In this document: positions 44,101 to 54,233 of the stretch, piece by piece | How the letters are laid out: every line of letters begins with the position of its first letter | Numbering within the stretch: the first letter of the stretch is position 1 | Origin: Ptychomitrium polyphyllum | Lineage: Eukaryota | Assembly (NCBI GenBank): GCA_973851085.1 | Contig: OZ316776.1 | Coordinates: forward strand, 4,030,001-4,094,000 | Direction of reading: 5' to 3' | DNA length: 64,000 nucleotides | Notes under the pieces: generated by a model | What the model was told of the DNA's origin: nothing | The model's database searches: none | Seen by the model: only the letters and a program-made list of their open reading frames with translations | Translations under genes and position numbers: made by a program

Positions 44101-44626
44101 TTTTTGCACAATTAATTTTCTTAGTTCAAATTTTTTCTATAATAAGATTATAACACATTGTAATACGACAATCAAGATCCCCATTTGTTCTATAATGGAA
44201 GTAACTATTTAATGTAGATGAATTTCAATTAAAATAATGAATATTTGAAAAAACCATGATACTTCGTTTATAATTAAAAACCCAATGAGCACTTCCAAAG
44301 TCTAGATCTAAAAAATGACAGTTAGGGTTTGTATAACTGCTAGGGTTTGAAGATGGTAGCAAGGGTTTGGGTGGCAGCTAGGGTTGGTTGCCATTAACAA
44401 GCTTAGTATTGCAAATCTTGATAGACATAAAGTGTAACTACAATATGTTATAACCATTTATATTTTGTAATATGTTTCTATACTTATATTAGTCAAATTT
44501 CAAAAACTCCAATAATATGACACCACATACACTAAACGTCATAAAATCAAAAATGCAACATTTCAATTATAAGACAAGTATAAAGAGGGACAACAGTAGT
44601 ACCTTGAAGGTGTAGCCGGATGCTAG

Positions 44627-45194
44627 TCAGGACCGAGGGTTACACAAGATTAACCGGATGCCAGTACAGGCTATGACTGAGAAGCACGTCACTGCAATAC
44701 AATAGAGTAGTGTTGAACGTGGGGGTTTGCTTCTATAATTGCGATCGTTATCCTCGAACTTGTGTTGGAGTAAAGGTCAATACACTTCGGCTTAGTTGCA
44801 AGAAAGTACTATCGTGCTGAAGTCGATACACACGCGATAACTTGGAATGAAGTCCAATCAAGGCGTACACTGTGGCAAGTACAGACAAAGTAATAGGAAC
44901 CCACGAGCTCCGACAATCCAAGCGGCTAGCCTGGGCAGCAGCAGTGAGAATAACCCCCTCAAAAACACTGTAAAATCCAATCAGCTGATACACCTCATTG
45001 TATGCAGATGCCACCTCCACTTTAGAACTGTCTAGCCGCGCGGTAGTCACGTCAAGCTCCTTAATCCAATAATCTTCTACTATTTGGTTTAGCTCCCAGC
45101 GGTCTTGGTTACCCACGGGAGGGCACTTGGCACCTTTAGTTCTCAAATACCAGATGTCCTCAATTTCTATGGTTTGGTCTGGTGCGACACTCAT
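44627..45194 (-). pseudogene. Coiled-coil plus 3-TM membrane protein (MEE60-like plant family), frameshifted before the last TM
   Basis: Frame 1 reads NEVYQLIGFYSVFEGVILTAAAQASRLDCRSSWVPITLSVLA and stops at 44748. The shifted frame continues KFEDNDRNYRSKPPRSTLLYCIAVTCFSVIACTGIRLILCNPRS* to 44627, giving a hydrophobic C-terminus ending in ILC as I recall for this family. Confidence 0.6.
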
Positions 45195-45835
45195 GCTTCT
45201 CGACAGGAAGAAAAACGAGAGGTGCTCTATCACAGGTCACCCACGCCTCATACCACAAAGCTGGGTGCTCAAGTCAATCGTCGTCCCTAGTATTTTCACT
45301 GCCATAACAGAAGTACTCTAGAAGGAGAATCAGCTTGTAAGAATTGCAAGAGCAGTAGGTTGTGTTAATAGGGGAGATCATACCGACAGAACTCTACCTC
45401 GTGGGTAGATGCAGATGTGAGCCTCCAGATGGAACCACAGTTGAGGATCCCCTTGGCAGTAAACGATTGGCGACCTCAATCTAGACTTGTGAATCAGAAC
45501 GATTCTCGTGTGACCAAGGTACCGGTGGTGCCTTGGGTGTGCCGACAACAATAGTAAGTGCTCGGGACTCGGAGCGACCACCTTCACGTGGCAAAAATAT
45601 TTTAGTATCTGCAATCCCACGTGACACTCATGAATAGCCTTGTTTGTTGCACCGATTGCGACTAATTCTGGAAGAAGAATCTTTCTGGGTGACCGGATTA
45701 ATTGTAGTTTTCTGAAAAACGGTAGAGTGTAAAGATGGCATACGCGATTTAAAATCCTTTACAGGTAGACTGCTTCAATCATTGCAAGTGGCTAAGTTTT
45801 GTGTGGCAGCTAGGGTTTGGGCCGCAGCTGCTTCA

Positions 45836-46253
45836 GCCAAACCTAATCATATTTTAGGTATTACTTTGTCTATTATTATATTTTCATACGCAGGAATACC
45901 CTCATATTTTAGGTATTACTTTGTCTATTATTATATTTTCATACGCAGGAATACCCCCTTAGCCGGATTTTGTAGCAAAATTTAGGTATTACTTTTTTGC
46001 TGCTTTAGGATGTGGCGCTTATTTACTAGTCTTGATAGGAGTCGTTACTAGTGTTATCAATTGTTTTTATTATATACGTTTTGTCAAAATCATGTATTTT
46101 GATACATCTAAAAATTTTATACTACAAAAAATAATGGATTGTAAAAAATCCTTACTACTAGCAATTACTTTATTCTTCATTACTTTTTTCTTTTTACATC
46201 CTTCTCCCCTATTCTTAGCCACCCATCAAATGGCACTAAGTCTATCTTTCTAA
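45836..46253 (+). pseudogene. nad2: NUMT: 3' end of mitochondrial nad2, with an internal 55-bp tandem duplication
   Basis: Translates AKPNHILGITLSIIIFSYAGIP / PLAGFCSK / FFAALGCGAYLLVLIGVVTSVINCFYYIRFVKIMYFD...PSPLFLATHQMALSLSF*, which matches the plant Nad2 C-terminus. 45847-45901 is repeated at 45902-45956. Confidence 0.92.
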
Positions 46254-47635
46254 GCCACAAGGACCTTTAGGAGCCGCTCGCTACAATGGCAACGCCCCAA
46301 TGACTCTTTGTATTATTTTCTGCCCCATCATTTGTTATGCAAATAATGTGGGCACAGCACTATGCACCAGCCCTTTGGCCTGTAGTGTTAAGCCCACTGC
46401 AACACAAGGTTGCATCTCGAAGGGCCCTTCCATCGGTCCGGCAATATTGGCTACAGCAGAAAAAGGGACTTCAACCCTCAACCTCAGCCTTGATGCCACA
46501 CACCTCTCCTTGAAGAATGCCCGCAATAGTAAAGGGCACAAAGAGGACTTTGGAGTGACGTTCGGGACTTGTAGCGCCAATAATAAGGGGAACCGAGTGG
46601 GCCTAGCATGGGAAAGATCCCTAGGGGGAGAAACATCCTTGCCCATGTAGACCGAGGGCCACAAGGGATATATCGTAGGCATTGGAGGAATCACAAAGAA
46701 CTAATTCTAAAATGCTAAAGATTGCTCAAATCGGATAAGGAAGCTAAAAGTTATGGCATCCCAAAGTTGGGGTTGCCAAGGGGCTGTTTTGGACTGTGGA
46801 CTACACAGTGACTGTACAGGACAGGGACGGTCTAGGAAGGGTCTCCCCGGGAGTTTTGAACCTTGGGAGAGGCATATCTCCTAGAGTCCTAACTCAAATC
46901 AAACGTTTGAGGAGTCTATCGGCATTTACGCAAAGAGTAAATGACGATAGAGTGATTACTCAATAGGTACGGGCACCGGGCATGGAAGATATGGCTTCTT
47001 AAAGGCCCGTAGGGAGTTCTGAAGGCTTCCAGCGGCTAAGTCCCAAGGGAGATCAGGTGGTCTTCCAAAACTTTGGGTGTGTCGGAGTTCAGCCAGCTAC
47101 AGAGCGCCAGGGGGCCTGCCGAATCCCACAGAGAGTACTATAGGAGAGGGCTGGTCCCCTTCCTCACTCCCTTAATGTCCCGGTAGGAACCAAGGATGAG
47201 TCTCGGTTGGTGGAGCTAGTGTTGGGGGTTCACCACGGGGACCCCCACCCTATTGTGAGCCGGTGGATGGCTGATATCACAGAGGGGACTGGTACGTTTA
47301 AAATGGCACGTTTGTTACCATTAAGTTGGGGTGTTGTCTTCACGCGTGCACCATGATGGCTCGAGGTGATCTTAGGATTGCCTGGGGATCATGAGTGGTG
47401 GCAAGGAAACACCACTAAGTGCGGTTAGGCCGTATGGAATGGGAATAACACAAAGTGAGGCCTTGGACATGAGTGGAAGTCCGTACTTAACAATTGGCTA
47501 CCAATCCTTTGGATGTCCTAAGAGAAATAATAGAGGGATTTGGAGAGTGAAAATCGGAGTTAACCATGTGTATGGAGGAGTGTATAGAGTTGACGCGCGT
47601 GACATTTGTTAAGGTGCATTACAAGGGTTGCGACA
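46254..47635 (+). repeat. 5' LTR (5'-truncated; clear homology to the 3' LTR only from ~46495)
   Basis: Ends AAGGGTTGCGACA like the 3' LTR, and is followed by a degenerate PBS TGATATCAAAGC (47638-47649; compare TGGTATCAGAGC). The left boundary is approximate. Confidence 0.8.
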
Positions 47636-48885
47636 TTTGATATCAAAGCAAGCTTTGAATACTTAAGTACTACGTTGCGAAGAGGCAATGGATAAGAAGA
47701 AGGCCGGTGATGGCGGTGAGTCCAGGGCCTCTAAACGACTACGCACGAGGGTGAACAAAGACCCCAATCCAATTAATGAGGCTCCATCCTTTGATTCCAA
47801 TGAGCAAATGAATGACATTGGAGTCACCGAGGAAGTTGATGAAACTCAATAAGACAAAGCATTGGAAGGTGGAGAGTTCTCAAGGGCTAGGATTCCTAAA
47901 CCACCCGAGGGCCTAGAAAGTCAGGACCCTAATTTAAGTCTTTGCATGAAATGCTTGAGTTTATGGACGGTGTGAACCAAAAACTTAAGCGTAGCAAGGA
48001 AGAAAGGGCCCGTCAAGAAAGGCTGATTGAGCACTTGATGGCACAAGGTTCCAGGCCCTCATTTTCAACCAAGAAGTTGGCCAAGATGAACATGCCAAGC
48101 ACTTTTCTGGGCTAAGTAAAGCGAGGAAGGTGAAGGAGTTTCTCTTGGAAATGGACAACTATTATAATGATAAAAAGCCGGACGAGGGGGACAAGGTTTC
48201 AATTGCGGTGACCTTTCTAAAGGACCATGTTTTTAAATGGTGGACAAGTAAAAAGGAGCAAGAGCCGGAGTTGGTGGCGACTTTCTCTTGGGTCGGTTTT
48301 AAAGAAATTTTGAGTGAACGCTTCACTCCGGAATACCAAGAGTTGAGGGAGGGCATGAACTTGGTGCAAATGAGAAACACCAGGTCACTTAAGACTTATG
48401 TGCAAGATTTCAACGCCCAAATGAATGCCACATTCAAAATGGATGAGTTTTCAAAGAAATGCATCTTTTTGGGTGGGCTTAAAAAGTGGGTGGTAAACGC
48501 CTTGTTCAAATTCCCAAAGCTTCCGGAGGACGTGGCGGGAATCATTAAGATTGCAGAAAGAATTGAAGCTGACGGATCCAAAAGAAAATCAAGTGGTTCC
48601 ACTCAACAAAGTGGATTGAGCCGAAATGTATTTCGCGGCGGAGAACGCAAGAAATTTGGCTTTGGAAACAAACACAAGGGATAAGTAGATGGAAGGGCCT
48701 ACAACAAAGTGGACCATCATGAGAAAAAACCATTCAAATCGGGAAATAAGGGTGCTGAGGTGAAGTACAAGCGTTGCCACGGGTGTGGCAAGATCGGTCA
48801 CTTCATTGTGGAGTGCCCCAATAAAAAGGTGAGTACCAAAGCTTGTCACATTTGTGTTATGGATCACATTTTAGAAGGTTGATTT

Positions 48886-51054
48886 GTGGCCAAGGCTAGT
48901 AGCTTTAAGCCAAGGTCAAGTCTTTTATACCTTGAGGCCCAAATAAATGGCAAAAATGTCTCATGTTTGATTGACACACGGGCAACACACTCCTTCATGA
49001 GTCCCATGCTAGCAAGGGTGTTGGGCTTGTCGGCTCAAAAAGCTAGCAAGCCCATCAATGTGCGATTTGCAAAAGGCAAATCGTACGAGACGAAGGAGGT
49101 GGTGTTGGATGTGGCCTTAAGTAGTGGGACATTGGAGTTGAAGGAAAGTTTCACACTATGTGAGATGGATGAGGTAGACCTCATTTTAGGTGATACCTTT
49201 TTCGAAACTCATGTGGTGGATGTAAAGCGAAAGCCAGCACGGTTAGTAGTGCACGGTGGTGGGAAGGAGGCAATATTGAAGTTGACTAAGACTCCTATGG
49301 TTGCGGGAGGAAAGTTGAACTTAGTCTCCTTAGAACAATTAGAGAATAATCAATTTGTGGTTGTGATGCATATGGAACAAGAAGAAGGGATTATGCCAAG
49401 TGCCAAGGAGGTTAGGACTATTCCTAAGTGCATTCAAAATGTACTAAGTGGTTACAAAGATGTGCTCACCAATGAGCTGCCCGTAGAGTTACCGCCAAGA
49501 AGAGAAGTGGATCACAAAATTGAAGTGATACCGAGAACAGAGCTCCCTTCGAAGGTTCCATACCGGTTGAACCAAAAAGAATTAGAGGAATTGAAGAAGC
49601 AATTGAATGATTTGTTGGAAAGAGGCTATGTTAGGCCAAGTAACTCGCCATATGGAGCACCGGTCCTCTTTGTAGACGAAAATGATGGCAAGCTCCGCAT
49701 ATATGTCGATTATATAGCCTTGAATAAAGCCACCATCAAGAACAACTATCCTTTGCCTCGCATTGATGACCTCTTTGATAGATTGGCGGGAGCTAAATAC
49801 TTTAGTCGAATAGACTTAAAGTCGGGCTACTATCAAATCCCCATTGCGGATGAAGACGTGCCAAAGACCGCATGCCGCACTAAATATGGGTCCTATGAAT
49901 TTTTGGTGATGCCATTCGGGTTGTGTAATGCTCCTTCCACGTTCACGACCCTCATAAATACCATCTTTCGAGAAGAGATGGATGACTTTGTCATTGTCTA
50001 CATTGATGACATCTTGGTGTACTCCAAGTCGGCGGAAGAACATGCAAGGCACCTCGAAGTGGTGCTTCAAAAACTTAGGGACCACAAACTTTATGCCAAT
50101 GGAGAAAAGAGTGAGTTTGCTCAACTTAAGATTGAGTTTTTGGCCCATATACTGACGGATGATGGAATTAAGCCGGACATAAGGAAGATAAAGGCAATTA
50201 AAGAGTGGAAACAACCTTCTACACAAAAGCGACTGAGATCATTTCTCGGCCTAGCAAATTATTATAGGAGGTTCATACGCAACTTCTCCAAAAATGCGAG
50301 ACCTTTGTCCGACTTGTTGAAGAAAGGAGCTAGCCAAGTATGGGATGGATTTTGTCACCAAGCTTTTCAAGAACTCAAGGATAAGTTGTCACAACCGCGA
50401 GTATTGAAGTTCCCCGAGTTTGAAAAGCCCTTTGAGGTCCACACGGATGCAAGTAACTTTGCCATTGGCGGAGTTCTCATGCAAGAAGGCATGCCAATTG
50501 CCTATGAGAGCAAGAAGTTGGATGGGTGCCAAAAGAGGTGGCCCACGCACGAAAAAGAACTCTTTGCCGTAGTGCATTGTTTGAAAACATGGCGGCACTA
50601 CTTGGGCCTATATAAAACCAAAGTCTATACGGACAACGTGTCGTTGAAGTATTTTGAGTCGCACGCACAAATGAGTGCAAAACGATTGAGGTGGCATGAC
50701 ACCTTAGCACTCATGAATGTGGATTTGATCCACAAGCCGGGGCGTGACAATGTAGTGCCGGATGCTCTAAGTAGGCGGGAGGAGTTGCAAGCAATGGGCA
50801 CAACCCAAGTCCTGCAAGTAATGTACAAGGGAGAAGGCAATTTGGAAAAGAAGATAAGAGAGGGGTACATGAAGGACTCCAAAGCACAAAGGCTTCTCGG
50901 TGAGCTTAAGAAGGGTAAGAAACTTAAGGAAATTAAGTTGGAGAAGGGATTGCTCAAGTATAAACAAAGTCGGCTCTATGTGCTTCAAGGAAAACTACGG
51001 TTGTTGGTTTTGAAAGAAGAACATGATAGTTCCATAGCCGGCCATAGAGGGTAA
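48886..51054 (+). CDS. Retrotransposon pol: protease-reverse transcriptase-RNase H (722-aa open frame)
   Basis: [10 protein letters not shown] (protease, with G to R at the DTG site), [29 protein letters not shown] and HEKELFAVV. The frame ends at GHRG* because of a 1-bp frameshift relative to the integrase. Confidence 0.9.
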   Translation: MAKASSFKPRSSLLYLEAQINGKNVSCLIDTRATHSFMSPMLARVLGLSAQKASKPINVRFAKGKSYETKEVVLDVALSSGTLELKESFTLCEMDEVDLILGDTFFETHVVDVKRKPARLVVHGGGKEAILKLTKTPMVAGGKLNLVSLEQLENNQFVVVMHMEQEEGIMPSAKEVRTIPKCIQNVLSGYKDVLTNELPVELPPRREVDHKIEVIPRTELPSKVPYRLNQKELEELKKQLNDLLERGYVRPSNSPYGAPVLFVDENDGKLRIYVDYIALNKATIKNNYPLPRIDDLFDRLAGAKYFSRIDLKSGYYQIPIADEDVPKTACRTKYGSYEFLVMPFGLCNAPSTFTTLINTIFREEMDDFVIVYIDDILVYSKSAEEHARHLEVVLQKLRDHKLYANGEKSEFAQLKIEFLAHILTDDGIKPDIRKIKAIKEWKQPSTQKRLRSFLGLANYYRRFIRNFSKNARPLSDLLKKGASQVWDGFCHQAFQELKDKLSQPRVLKFPEFEKPFEVHTDASNFAIGGVLMQEGMPIAYESKKLDGCQKRWPTHEKELFAVVHCLKTWRHYLGLYKTKVYTDNVSLKYFESHAQMSAKRLRWHDTLALMNVDLIHKPGRDNVVPDALSRREELQAMGTTQVLQVMYKGEGNLEKKIREGYMKDSKAQRLLGELKKGKKLKEIKLEKGLLKYKQSRLYVLQGKLRLLVLKEEHDSSIAGHRG

Positions 51055-51071
51055 AAACCACCATTGCGGCG

Positions 51072-52313
51072 GTGTCAAGAAGGTACTATTGGCCGGGTAT
51101 GAAAGCGGACATCACCGAATTTGTGAAAACTTGTGTGAAGTGCCAACTCAATAGAGCCTCTTACCAAAAGCAAGCCGGTCTACTACAACCTTTGCCAATT
51201 CCGCCAGGTCCATGGCATAGCGTGTCTATGGACTTCATCACAAGTCTTCCGGAATTGCAAGGGCATGATGCCATCTTTGTGATGGTAGATCGCTTTAGCA
51301 AGTTGGCGCACATGGTGCCAACTAGAGGAACCGTAACTACACATGAGGCCGCAAAGCTATTCCTCGATGCATGGTGGAAACATCACGGGTTGCCAAGAGT
51401 CATTGTGTCGGATCGAGATTCAAAATTCACTAGTGCTTTTTGGAAACATTTCTTTAGGAAAGTTGGAACCAAATTGACGTTTAGCACTGCCTTCCATCCT
51501 CAAACGGATGGGCAAACGGAACGAGTGAACGGAGTCTTGAACCAATACTTGAGGAACTTTGTGAGTGCGGACCAGTGCAATTGGGTGGATTATGTGAGCC
51601 TAGCGGAGTTCAGTTATAATGCGGCCAACCATTTGGCGACAAAGCAGTTGCCATTTAAGGTGGCCTATGGAGTGGAGCCACTCCAGCCTGCCAACTTAGC
51701 TCTCGAAGGTGCACATTCATCACTAGAGTTTAACCAAGATGGTGAGGACTTGGCCAAAAAGCGGAAACAAATGTTGGAGAAGACCAAGCTTTTGTTGGAA
51801 AAAACACAAAAGCAGTACGGAAAACAAGTCAATGCCGGAAGACGTGAAGTGGAGTATGAAGTAGGCCAAAAGGTGTTGTTGAATGTGAAGAACTTTAGCT
51901 TGCCCGAAGGCCTCACTCCAAAGTTCATGTCCAAGTTTGCGGGGCTGTTTTCCATTGTGGAGCGGGTGTTTAAAGATGTGTACAAGTTGGAGCTATCACC
52001 CAAAATCAAAGTGCATCCAACATTTCATGTCTCACTCCTTAAGCCATTCAAAAAAGATACCTTGTGGCCCAATCACAAGCAAGTGATTTGGCCACCACCG
52101 GAATTGATGGGCGATCACTTGGAATATGAAATAGAAGGAATTCTCAAGTGTAAGCACCACAAGAAAATAGGAGAAGAGTATTTGGTAAAGTGGAGGGGGC
52201 ACCATGAAAAAGAAGCAACTTGGGTAGCGGCCAAGGACTTGGGAAATGCCAATGAAGTGGTAGAACGCTTTGAAAGGAATAGGAACTCCAACAAAAGACA
52301 ACGTCGACATTAA
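51072..52313 (+). CDS. Retrotransposon integrase plus chromodomain
   Basis: YYWP..CVKCQ zinc finger, SMDFITSLP, VSDRD, HPQTDGQTERVN, HPTFHVSLLKP, and the chromodomain YEIEGIL...YLVKWRGH..KEATW. Confidence 0.92.
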   Translation: MSRRYYWPGMKADITEFVKTCVKCQLNRASYQKQAGLLQPLPIPPGPWHSVSMDFITSLPELQGHDAIFVMVDRFSKLAHMVPTRGTVTTHEAAKLFLDAWWKHHGLPRVIVSDRDSKFTSAFWKHFFRKVGTKLTFSTAFHPQTDGQTERVNGVLNQYLRNFVSADQCNWVDYVSLAEFSYNAANHLATKQLPFKVAYGVEPLQPANLALEGAHSSLEFNQDGEDLAKKRKQMLEKTKLLLEKTQKQYGKQVNAGRREVEYEVGQKVLLNVKNFSLPEGLTPKFMSKFAGLFSIVERVFKDVYKLELSPKIKVHPTFHVSLLKPFKKDTLWPNHKQVIWPPPELMGDHLEYEIEGILKCKHHKKIGEEYLVKWRGHHEKEATWVAAKDLGNANEVVERFERNRNSNKRQRRH

Positions 52314-52351
52314 TGAGGACATCAATCTCTTTTAGTAGGAAGAGAGAGGCT

Positions 52352-54233
52352 TGTAGCAGTAACTTCTTCACATCATATATTGGTTCTTTGACTTGTGGCA
52401 ATAAAGTTCAACTTTTTTATGTGCAAAGAAAAGTGTATAAGATGACGTCCTAGTCTTGTACTTATCCTAAATTGGTAGAAGATGGGGAATAGACATGTGA
52501 AACCAAGTTGGGAAGACCAAGGTTGGAAGGAGGAATGGTTAAAACCATAAAACCACTTAGTCTCGGGCTTGTCCGGGCAAAGACAAGGTAATGGCGCGTG
52601 CTCATAAAAGCGCCACTCCTACAAACTAACAAAAGTTAGTGCATGGGAGTCATGAATTGATGTTTCAATAGAGATAGTGGGATCCAAGTTGGGCGGAACT
52701 TGGCATTACTCCCGTGCGATCGAGTCGTGGAGTAAGAGCCACCTTAGATTTGCAACCAAGACAACTTAGTGGAGCATTGAGGTCGAGTTTAGTCAGAAAA
52801 GAAGAGTTAAGGCAGTGTAGCCTATTTAGGGAGCGTATTCCAAGAGGGTCTCAAAGTAGGTAGGTCTAGAGTAATTTAGGGCCCCAAAGATTTTTGTCTA
52901 GGGTGCCTAAACAGACCACCTCTTAAACGACACCTTTGAGACTCTGCCAAAGATTTATGAGAGCATTGGGAGGTCGCACCCTGGATGAAACACAATGTTG
53001 CACCACTAGAGGATGGCAACCTTGGAATTGGTGTGCCGACTTTAACTATAGTCGATGAGGGCATCAACTCCATCAAGGTGGAGATGAGTGTCACGCACCT
53101 CTCCTTGAAGAATGCCCGCAATACTAAGGGCACAACTGGGACCCCGGAGTGACGTCCGAGACTTGTGGCGCCGATAGTGAGAGAAACCGAGTGGGCCTAG
53201 CGTAGGAAGGACTCCTAGGGGGAGAAACATTGTTGCTTATGTAGACTGAGCGCCACGAGGGATAAATCGTAGACATTGGAGGAATCACAAAGAGCTGATT
53301 CTAGAATGCTAAAGATTGCTCTAATTGGACAAGGAAACTAAAATTTATGGCATTCCAAAGTTTGGGTTGCCGAGGGGCTGTTTTGGAGTGTGGCAGCCCT
53401 ACACAGTGACTGTATTGGAGTGGGACCGTCCAAGAAAGGACTCCCCGGGAGTCTCGAACCTTGAAAGAGGCGTATCTCCCACAATACTAAGTCAAATTGG
53501 ACGTTTGAGTAGTTTATCGCCATCTACACAAAGAGTAATTGACGATAGAGTGGTTGCATAATACATTTGGGCATCGAATGAGGAAGATATGGCTCCCTAA
53601 AGGTCCGCTGGGAGTCCCGAAGGCTTCCGTTGGCTAAGTCCCAAGGGAGATCGGGTGGTCTTCCAAAACTTTTTGTGTGTCAGGGTTCAGCCAGCTACAG
53701 AGGGCCAGGGGGCCTGCCGAATTCCATTGAGAGTACAATAAGGGAGGACTAGTCCCCCTCCCCACTCCCCTAGTGTCTCGGTAGAGACCAAAGGTGAGTC
53801 CCGGTTGGTGGAACTAGTGTTGGGGCTTCACCACGGGGACTTCCACACCATTGTGCGCCGGTGGACAGCCGGTTTCACAGAGGGAACTAGCACGTTCAAA
53901 AAGGTACGCTTGTTACCACTAAGTTGGAGTGGTGTCTTCACGCCGGCACCATGATGGCCTGGGATGATCTTAGGATCAAATGGGCATCATGATATGTGGT
54001 GAGGAGACACCACTAAGTGCGGTCAGGCCGTGTCCAATGGAAATAACACTAAGTGAGGCCTTGGATATGAATGGAAGTCTGCACCTAATCATTTGCTACA
54101 AATAAATTAGATGTCCTAAGAAAAAAGGTAGAAAGACTTGGAAAAGGAGAATGGGGGTTAACCATGTGCATGTGGGGGTGTACAAGGTTGACACGCGTGA
54201 CGCTTGCTAAGGTGCATTACAAGGGTTGCGACA
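52352..54233 (+). repeat. 3' LTR (~1.88 kb)
   Basis: Preceded by the PPT AGGAAGAGAGAGG (52337-52349). Starts TGTAGCA and ends TTGCGACA. Confidence 0.85.

Larger units (their letters stand above)
46254..54233 (+). mobile_element. Ty3/gypsy chromovirus LTR retrotransposon (Galadriel-like, tRNA-Met PBS), defective
   Basis: Domain order LTR-PBS-gag-PR-RT-RH-INT-chromodomain-PPT-LTR. gag from ATG 47688 has stops and frameshifts, with a zinc knuckle RCHGCGKIGHFIVEC at ~48770. Confidence 0.93.

Noticed and set aside
46335..46694. 119-aa antisense ORF inside the chromovirus LTR
   Set aside because: The homologous region in the 3' LTR is split across frames (52876-53133 and 53042-53230) and has no recognisable domain, so it is probably incidental.
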